Assembly: GCF_006345805.1 (NCBI RefSeq)
Contig: NW_021829170.1
Location: forward strand, 1-6,894
Reading direction: 5' to 3'
Source of the DNA: Octopus sinensis
Lineage: Eukaryota
Length of the DNA: 6,894 bases
Shown: one piece after another, positions 1 to 6,894 of the stretch
Position numbering within the stretch: the first letter of the stretch is position 1
Layout of the letters: each line of letters opens with the position of its first letter
Made by a program: the position numbers and the translations under genes
Notes under the pieces: generated by a model
Seen by the model: only the letters and a program-made list of their open reading frames with translations
What the model was told of the DNA's origin: nothing
Databases searched by the model: none

Positions 1-26
1 GTATGTACGTATGTATGTATGTGTGT
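1..26. repeat. (TATG)n/(TG)n microsatellite end, truncated by the window edge
   Basis: gtatgtacgtatgtatgtatgtgtgt at the window start. Confidence 0.8.
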
Positions 27-139
27 AATAGCTAATGGAAGTGACCTTTATATAGTAACTCAACCTGTTAGAAATAGCAACTAAATCTTCATGGAAATTG
101 GAAGGCCTCAAATTTAGGCGATGAACATAGCTGAATAAA

Positions 140-290
140 TCTATTCCAGTCCTTCCTCGGTATCTGATCTTATCGAACCCAGAACAATGAAAGATAAAAC
201 TGGCCCCAACAATTTGAACTCAGAACATATATCGTCATAATTACACACTGCAAATAATTTTATCAGAGGCTGTAACGATCCTACTAAAAT
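140..290 (-). mobile_element. Decayed SINE remnant, family B
   Basis: ggtatctgatcttatcgaacccagaacaatgaaagataaaactggccccaacaatttgaactcagaac aligns by eye with 5444-5512. The 16-mer aatttgaactcagaac is identical at 211-226 and 5497-5512. Boundaries are approximate. Confidence 0.7.
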
Positions 291-608
291 ATCGACAAAA
301 GCGTTTCGCTGCAGAAGATAATCTTAAAGGCAGAAAAAGTATAACCGTGTTTGTTTTTCAGTCATTTGTAGTAATCGTTACAGTTGTAGATCATACGAAC
401 TGGAAATGTATGACTGTCATTACTTCCCCTTTTCGCCGAAAATAACTAACTTTTTTATATATATATCTATGTACTATTTTATATACGTACTATTCTTTAT
501 TTACCCTTTTGATTGGACGAGCAGCGGCCATGATGTTTTCAAAGACACCGAGACATGTAGCAGTGAAGGGAACTCAATTAACCTCTGAACTGAAGACCTG
601 ATCCGAAC

Positions 609-885
609 CTTTTGCTTGTTTAGTCAGTGGACATCTTATTAAACCTGGTACCTTTTTTATCGGTTTCTCTGGCAGAACCCCTAAATTACGTTGACATATA
701 CACCAATACCAGTTGTAGGACACACACACACAACGGGTTTCTTTCAGTTTTCGTCATCCAATTTCACTCAAAAGGCTTTGGTCAGCCCGAGTCTATGGTA
801 AAGTACACTTGCCCAAAGTGCCACGTAGCGGGACTGAACCCGGAACCATGTGGTTGGGAAGCAAACTTCTTACCACAAAACCACA
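609..885 (-). mobile_element. tRNA-derived SINE, family A, diverged copy
   Basis: The reverse complement reads tgtggttttgtggtaagaagtttgcttcccaaccacatggttccgggttcagtcccgctacgtggcactttgggcaagtgtac..., collinear with 1898-2040. It has a short internal (TG)n and ends tgactaaacaagcaaaag, like the tail at 2269-2288. Confidence 0.9.
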
Positions 886-1087
886 ACACTTTGGCTTCAA
901 AAATTTTTCTCAAGGCTAGCAATTTCTGTAATCATGACCCTTCACAAGGCTTCAGACTATTGGGATAGATAGGTCGATGAATGGATGGAGTGAGGTATCC
1001 TCAAATCTAAGACTTTCCTCGAAGGTACCCAGGTGTTAGTGTTAAGTGGGGCGACAAATTAATGCTGCTACCTAATTAGGCCAATGT

Positions 1088-1171
1088 AAGGTTTGAACTC
1101 AGAATGCTAAGATCAGCTATAAATATCGCAAAACATTCCATCCGATGCTCAGACGATCCAATCAGTCCACC
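1088..1171 (-). mobile_element. Decayed SINE remnant, family B head region
   Basis: tttgaactcagaa (1092-1104) is the family B B-box segment also seen at 211-226 and 5497-5512. The downstream sequence loosely parallels 227-290. Confidence 0.55.
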
Positions 1172-1178
1172 AAACTAG

Positions 1179-1318
1179 ACTGGTACTTGATTTCTCAACC
1201 TACGAAGGATGCAAGACTAAGTTGATGTCGGTGAGATTTGAACACAGAACGCAAGGAACCGGTACTACTACTGCCGGTCATTTCTTCCGAAGCTCTAGCA
1301 ACTGCCATTTAGCCACTA
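1179..1318 (-). mobile_element. Decayed SINE remnant, family B
   Basis: actggtacttgatttctcaacctacgaaggatgcaagactaagttgatgtcggtgagatttgaacacagaacg is collinear with actggtacttaatttattgaccccgaaaggatgaaagccaaagtcgacctcggtggaatttgaactcagaacg (5441-5513). Confidence 0.8.
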
Positions 1319-1514
1319 AAGGCATACCTGATGGGTTGGTGAACAAGTGGCGGTGATGTTCAACTGATGGGCTGACAAATAAAAATAACTTAATATATCT
1401 TTAAGAGCAAGAAAGGTGCCAGACTTGGCATGCAGAACATATAACTTGCTTTATTCTTCTCTTCTGTTTTGCGTTTTTATTTTTCTCCACCGTTTTTACG
1501 AATTCAGTGTGCAC

Positions 1515-1888
1515 ATGTGCATTGCGTGTTCATACATCACTTTCCGGTACTTACTCAAAACTGTTTATAGATCACAACCATCTCACGAACATGCGTTCGT
1601 GGGGAGCGCCTCGCATCCCGATAGTTGTGAAATAAGTAACTGTCAAAAAGTAGGGTGAGTGAACAAGGTTCACGTCTCTATTGCGTCTAGTTACGCTTCC
1701 CTTCAATCACTGACAGGTATAGCAGCTTGGCTAACCGCAAGTTAGCTCTAGATACCATGTCTTGGTGCAGTTCTAATAGCGAAAAAGAAAGGAAAGCTCA
1801 ACTAACTGGTCTTATGAACGCCCTGTAAAGAACTGCTTAAGAAAACATCTACACCCTTAAGAAAAACATCTACAAATACACACGTATA
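1515..1888 (+). pseudogene. Decayed Tc1/mariner-like transposase fossil, N-terminal HTH region, with frameshifts and stops
   Basis: Manual translation across frames gives, in order: SYITFRYLLKT (from 1530), IVVK*V (from 1621), SITDRYSSLANRKLALD (1703-1753), LIAKKKG (1773-1793), VKNCLRKHLH (1825-1854), and after a +1 shift LKKNIYKYTR (1856-1885). The order and spacing fit the mariner pattern R.YI..R..L / TV..W / T.ENI..V...I..D / IA...G / V..I...HL.LKK...R[WY]VP. This is a by-eye match only. Confidence 0.5.
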
Positions 1889-2299
1889 GGCGCAGGAGTG
1901 GCTGTGTGGTAAGTAGCTTGCTAACCAACCACATGGTTCCGGGTTCAGTCCCACTGCGTGGCATCTTGGGCAAGTGTCTTCTGCTATAGCCCCGGGCCGA
2001 CCAATGCCTTGTGAGTGGATTTGGTAGACAGAAACTGAAAGAAGCCTGTCGTATATATGTATATATATATATGTGTGTGTTTGTGTGTTTGTGTGTCTGT
2101 GTTTGTCCCCCTAGCATTGCTTGACAACCGATGCTGGTGTGTTTACGTCCCCGTCACTTAGCGGTTCGGCAAAAGAGACCGATAGAATAAGTACTGGGCT
2201 TACAAAGAACAAGTCCCGGGGTCGACTTGCTCGACTAAAGGCGGTGCTCCAGCATGGCCGCAGTCAAATGACTGAAACAAATAAAAGAGTAAAAGAGTA
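1889..2299 (+). mobile_element. Full-length tRNA-derived SINE, family A (octopus-type, CORE-like central segment), best-preserved copy
   Basis: Pol III A-box-like tggctgtgtgg (1899-1909) and B-box-like ggttcagtccc (1942-1952). The segment tggcatcttgggcaagtgtctt resembles the CORE-SINE motif tgaccttgggcaagtcactt. It has an internal (TA)/(TG) microsatellite at ~2052-2103 and a tandem tail taaaagagtaaaagagta. Two further copies occur in the window. Confidence 0.93.
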
Positions 2300-2400
2300 G
2301 TACTGCTGCAGTCAAAGTATTGAACTGAGATTGCCGGGAAAATGGCATCAACAGATTCAAAGACTAAGCCTTCGGAGATGTGACACTGCTAATTATAAAA
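2300..2400 (+). pseudogene. Continuation of the mariner-like transposase fossil after the SINE insertion
   Basis: The frame from 2302 reads TAAVKVLN*DCRENGINRFKD*AFGDV. This fits the linker between the WVP-like motif and the first catalytic Asp (LT...K..RV..C.ENL..F......DIVTGDE). The TGDE motif itself is not intact. Confidence 0.45.
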
Positions 2401-2524
2401 TACAAATAGGAATTATAATGCAGTCGATCTAGAAAAAGCTAAACCATCAGAACTTTCGATTTTGCTCTTCCTCAATTTAAAATGTCAGGAGTTAGTCATC
2501 AATGCTTGAGAAACCCTTTAGCAT

Positions 2525-2726
2525 AGTGTATATATAATATATCCTATATATCCTGCACACACATACATATACACACCCATATTCATACGTATACATAACA
2601 TGTACACATATATATACTTTATAACTATGTATATGTATATATTATCCATATATATAAACATTCAGTATATATATGTGATATATATTTATATAAGTATGCG
2701 AAAGTGTAAGATATATATATATATAT

Positions 2727-2760
<34 letters not shown>

Positions 2761-2808
2761 GATATATATATATATATATACTATATTTACATAACATATA
2801 TATATATC

Positions 2809-2839
<31 letters not shown>

Positions 2840-3210
2840 TATATATATAACCATACATATATATATATATATAATATATATATAATATTATATATATATA
2901 CTATATATATATGTATAGGTATATGTATATATATATATATACTTACACTTTCGCTAACCTATATATATATATATATATATATCCGTGCGTTGTGTGGTGT
3001 GTGTTTCTGTATGTCTATGTCTGTATTATGTTAGCGTAGATGCTTATATATATATATATAAATAGATAAGTGTGTGGTGTGCGTGTATAGATATATATAT
3101 CTATATATATATATATATATAATATATATATATTATATATATATATATAATTATATATATATATATTTATATATCCCGTGAATACATACATATGTATGTT
3201 TATACGCACA
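2525..3210. repeat. Long imperfect (TA)n low-complexity tract with (CA)/(TG) patches
   Basis: Directly visible. The near-pure TA runs are at 2711-2981 and 3046-3174. Confidence 0.95.
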
Positions 3211-3375
3211 CAAACTCAATCACACGCAGTTCTTTGACGTCATCAATTTAGTTATTCTCTCCACCATAATAAAATTACTTGAAGTCGCCGTTTTGACCTC
3301 CAACCAATCGCTCCACCAACACTCCATCAGCCTTATATTCTGTTCCATCTTCTATTTTTATCTCTATCTCTATCC

Positions 3376-3488
3376 CTTCTTCTTCTTCTTCTTCTTCTTC
3401 TTCTTCTTCTTCTTCTTCTTCTTCTTCTTCTTCTTCTTCTTCTTCTTCTTCTTCTTCTTCTTCTTCTTCTTCTTCTTCTTCTTCTTCT

Positions 3489-3510
<22 letters not shown>
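3376..3510. repeat. Perfect (CTT)45 trinucleotide microsatellite within a compound repeat (~3348-3586)
   Basis: 135 bp of uninterrupted CTT. It is preceded by tctcta-type hexamers and followed by degenerate CTT/CTTTTT, CCT and CCA units. Confidence 0.97.
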
Positions 3511-3522
<12 letters not shown>

Positions 3523-3593
3523 TTCTTCTTTTTCTTTTTCTTTTTCTTCTTCCTCCTACTCCTCCACACCAACACCACCACCACCATTTTTTT

Positions 3594-3808
3594 GTGTGAG
3601 TGTGTATATGTTTGTATGTCTGTATATGCATGACACACACATGTATATACGTTATATATACACATAGTTTTGTACATGATATATATATTATAAACACATG
3701 TTACATATATTACATGTATAGGTGTGCGTATGTATGCATAATATATTATTATATATATATGTATATATATATATACCTATATAATATATATATATATATT
3801 ATATATAT

Positions 3809-3841
<33 letters not shown>

Positions 3842-3862
3842 AATATATTATATATATATTAT

Positions 3863-3919
<57 letters not shown>

Positions 3920-3920
3920 A
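3594..3920. repeat. (TG)/(TA)n low-complexity tract
   Basis: Directly visible, with near-pure TA from ~3740 to 3902. Confidence 0.93.
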
Positions 3921-4100
3921 TGATACCAAAGATCATTTTAAATGTGAAATATAATCCTTCACGCAAGCAGATCAATAAGATCTACGAATGTATTTACTAA
4001 TCAATACATTTGTCTGATTAAATTGATTTTTTGATTTCACTTTGTTGGTTTTTGGTTGAACATGACTAGTTTACGTCTTTTCACTGCAAAGACAAAAGCA

Positions 4101-4137
4101 ATACATATATGTATATATATAATATTATATATATATA

Positions 4138-4169
<32 letters not shown>

Positions 4170-4170
4170 A
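4101..4170. repeat. (TA)n microsatellite
   Basis: Directly visible. Confidence 0.93.
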
Positions 4171-4432
4171 ATGATGGCAAGAGAGAAAAATAGGAAAACA
4201 GAAAACATTTGTTTGAATTTTAAAATCATTTCTCATGAAAATTGTTGAATGAAGAGGTTTCAAGTCTGTTTTAATGGGTTTTATTTATTTAAATGAAAAA
4301 TAAAACATTTGAATATGGTTCTAGCCGGAGGAAGCTTAAGGTCTCATTTCAGGTATTGAAGTTCTACGAGAAGTGGATCACGGGTTAGTAACAAAAAAAA
4401 ATAAGCGTCATTTTCGTGAAATGTAAATAAAA

Positions 4433-4805
4433 GGTACAGGCGTGGCTGCGTGGTAAGAAGCTCGCTTCTCAACCACATGGTTCTGAGTTCAGTCCCATTG
4501 CCTATCAATTTGGACAAACGTCTTATACTATAGCCTCGGGCTGACCAAAGCCTTGTGAGTGGATTTGGTAGACAGAAGCAGAAAGAAGCCCGTCGTATAT
4601 ATGTATATATGTGTGTGTTGAGTGTGTGTGAGTGTGTGTGTGTGTGTGTTTCTGTCCCCCACCACCGCTCGACAACCTGTGTTGGCGTGTTTACGTCCCC
4701 GTAACTTAGCGTTTCGGTTAAAGCAAGAATAAATATAAAGCTTAAGAAAAATAAGGCGGTGCCCCAGCATGGCCACAGTCTGAAACATGTAAAAGATAAA
4801 AGATA
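4433..4805 (+). mobile_element. tRNA-derived SINE, family A, moderately diverged with a 3' internal deletion
   Basis: ggtacaggcgtggctgcgtggtaagaagc... is collinear with 1889-2299, including the shared gccttgtgagtggatttggtagacagaa. It has an internal (TG)n at ~4596-4648 and a tail taaaagataaaagata. It lacks the gtcccggggtcgacttgctcgact segment. Confidence 0.92.
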
Positions 4806-4887
4806 ATAGCTGCTGGTGTATGTGTTTTGGGAAAAGATATAATTTAGAATCAGTGATATTGAAGGGAAATCGCTCCAGAAAGCTTTT

Positions 4888-5235
4888 GGATGGATGGAAG
4901 CACTCCGTCGGTTACGACGACGAGGGTTCTGGTTGATCCGATCAACGGAACAACCTGCTCGTGAAATTAACGTGTAAGTGGCTGAGCACTCCACAGACAC
5001 GTGTACCCTTAACATAATTCTCGGGAATATTCAGCGTGACACAGAGAGTGACAAAGCCGGCCCTTTGAAATACAGGTACAACAGAAACAGGAAGTAAGAG
5101 TGAGAGAAAGTTGTGGTGAAAGAGTACAGCAGGGAACACCACCATCCCTGCCGGAGCCTCGCCCGGTCTGGGAATCGAAACCGCGATCCTACGACCGCGA
5201 GTCCGCTGCCCTAACCACTGGGCCATTGCGCCTCC
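4888..5235 (-). mobile_element. tRNA-derived SINE, family C (tRNA-Arg-like head), with target-site duplication
   Basis: The minus strand begins ggaggcgcaatggcccagtggttagggcagcggactcgcggtcgtaggatcgcggtttcgattccc (A box 5225-5215, B box 5181-5171) and ends in a short (TCCA)n tail. It is flanked by the direct repeat ctccagaaagctttt at 4873-4887 and 5232-5246. Confidence 0.92.
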
Positions 5236-5367
5236 AGAAAGCTTTTACAGTAAATACTAAGAAAAGCAAGTGCGGCTTTGAAAGGATATAATACCAACAC
5301 TGTGTTACCAGATTAGACTACCCTTGCACTAAACCGTTTCTTCGATGACAGACACAGAAGTTATATT

Positions 5368-5544
5368 CTTTTATACTCTAGGCACAAGACCCGAAATTTT
5401 GGGGGAGGGGGCTAGTCGATTATATCGACCCCAGTGTGTAACTGGTACTTAATTTATTGACCCCGAAAGGATGAAAGCCAAAGTCGACCTCGGTGGAATT
5501 TGAACTCAGAACGTAGCGTAACGTTTTTTACCAACTCGCCCCTT
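5368..5544 (-). mobile_element. tRNA-derived SINE, family B, with a 16-bp target-site duplication
   Basis: Perfect direct repeat acacagaagttatatt at 5352-5367 and 5545-5560. The minus strand has a B-box-like gagttcaaattcc followed by gactttggctttcatcctttcggggtcaataaattaagtacc, similar to a conserved central domain of other animal SINEs (from memory). Confidence 0.92.
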
Positions 5545-5740
5545 ACACAGAAGTTATATTGATTGATCTGAGGTATGTGCTCTTGAAGGAATAAAGTTCG
5601 GTACGCTGAGCTTCAGTTTTGCAGACATGCCATGCGGTGATAAAGCCAACATAGGATGCAGCGATAAAGTCGACAAGACCCTGGTATCTGATTCAAAGCA
5701 ATGTACTGCGATTTTCAGCATTTCTCATTGCAGAGAGAAG

Positions 5741-5934
<194 letters not shown>

Positions 5935-6689
5935 CTAAACGGTGTATTTCATGACTCTCCTTGAGGATCTTCCCCAATTCAGAATAAATTAGTCACAGTA
6001 TTTGATATAAAGTAAGAGCAGTCTTGCGCTACTGTGTAAACAGGAAGCTAGTCTATCCTCTGTATATTATTTCTCAATCCAAGTCTTGTTTGCAACAAGC
6101 TTGGTTCATGTTTATAGTAATAGGCAGCAAACTGGGAGCATTTTTTAACTGTGAGTGATGTAACTTTGCTAAGAAAGAACGCAAAAAAAGATTTAAGTCC
6201 TATCCTATAACTCTGCTGAAAATTTAAACTGATGTTTATTTTCAATGAGAGTGTGAACTCGGCATTATTATGTGTACTTCTGGACAGAGCCACCGAAGAC
6301 GACCTCCACGTGATACACAATAGAGAACGTAAAGGATGTAGATGAAGTTTCAGTAGCACCTTGATCAATTTGGATTAGTAGAAAGCATTCAACTTTGAGA
6401 ATAATCTGTATCTGGTAGGTGTGATGCTGGTGATTAGTTATAAAACGGCCTTAAGACATTTCATACCCAAATTCTTCATTGGCAGATAGGTTCCGTGTTT
6501 GAAGTCAAAGGATACTTTACTGTAGTGTTCGGCATCCCCTTTTTATCGGCAAAGGTGTCTACTCTCGCTACTTATATACGTGTTGAGACTGAAGCCTCAA
6601 CAAAGGAAGCTGAGCATTTTAAGAAACATCCTACTTAAGTACGGACAGACATGTACGCTAACCGTCTGAGTATATGGATAAAAAAACCA

Positions 6690-6894
6690 TAAACGTCGCC
6701 CTTTTCAAGCCTAGCCAGTCTCATGGGCCCGGTTTCCCGGTTTCGGTGGCGTATGTGTTCCACACAGCTGGACGGGACGCCAGTCCATCGCAGCGTTACT
6801 CAAGAAACAGGAAGAGAGAGTGAGAGAAAGTTGTGGCGAAAGATTACAACAGAGGTCACCACCAGCCCCTGCCGGAGCCTCGTGGAGCTTTTGG
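6690..6894 (-). mobile_element. SINE related to family C with a different 3' tail; its 5' end lies beyond the window
   Basis: 6803-6882 (agaaacaggaag...gagtgagagaaagttgtgg...cctgccggagcctcg) aligns with 5083-5161, while 6690-6802 shows no visible similarity to 4888-5082. The 3' boundary is approximate. Confidence 0.85.

Noticed and set aside
347-560. Short matches to the family A 3' end (tttcagtcatttg at ~356-368, gcggccatg at ~524-532)
   Set aside because: Possibly very old SINE debris, but too short to delimit or support as features.
1836-1874. Tandem near-duplicate cttaagaaaa(a)catctaca as a TSD of the adjacent SINE
   Set aside because: Both copies lie on the same side of the SINE, so this is a local duplication or chance within the fossil. 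No clear TSD was found for 1889-2299.
3275-3697. ORFs encoding poly-E, poly-F and poly-R
   Set aside because: These are translations of the (CTT)n microsatellite in different frames and strands, with no coding signal.
3015-4263. IY/YI-rich ORFs (3015-3209, 3600-3842, 4081-4263)
   Set aside because: Artefacts of (TA)n tracts, which lack stop codons.
5160-5235. tRNA gene
   Set aside because: It has A/B boxes and a tRNA-Arg-like look, but no proper acceptor stem, and it is embedded in a TSD-flanked repeat. It is a SINE head.
4344-5291. The 223-aa ORF and overlapping ORFs
   Set aside because: They read through two unrelated SINEs and a (TG)n tract. Similar peptides at 627-968 and 1857-2117 reflect SINE copies, not a gene family.
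211-5512. Recurrent tttgaactcagaa motif as a CRISPR repeat or regulatory array
   Set aside because: The spacing is irregular and each occurrence is the B-box region of a family B SINE. There are no cas genes and the context is eukaryotic.
6048-6368. 106-aa minus-strand ORF
   Set aside because: No ATG start, no recognisable domain, and a length compatible with chance.

Overview
This window is eukaryotic, AT-rich, non-coding DNA dense in transposable elements and microsatellites. It is not a prokaryotic locus, and I find no intact protein-coding gene. The repeats resemble tRNA-derived SINEs I associate with octopus/cephalopod genomes; this is recognition from memory, not a database result. Three SINE families are present. 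Family A has copies at 609-885 (-), 1889-2299 (+) and 4433-4805 (+). Family B has a copy at 5368-5544 (-) with a 16-bp TSD, plus three decayed remnants. Family C has a copy at 4888-5235 (-) with a 15-bp TSD, and a relative at ~6690-6894 (-) that shares the body but has a different 3' tail. A heavily decayed mariner-like transposase fossil (~1515-2400, +) appears to be split by the youngest family A SINE. There are long (TA)n, (CTT)45 and (GATA)29 tracts. None of the supplied ORFs looks like a real gene: most are repeat or low-complexity artefacts, and one partly overlaps the transposase fossil. I see no convincing new biological system. The most notable observations are modular tail exchange between SINEs, a GTCG-loop-CGAC hairpin shared by three SINE families, the nested SINE-in-mariner insertion, an inverted duplication bracketing an AT tract, and inverted SINE pairs that could form dsRNA.
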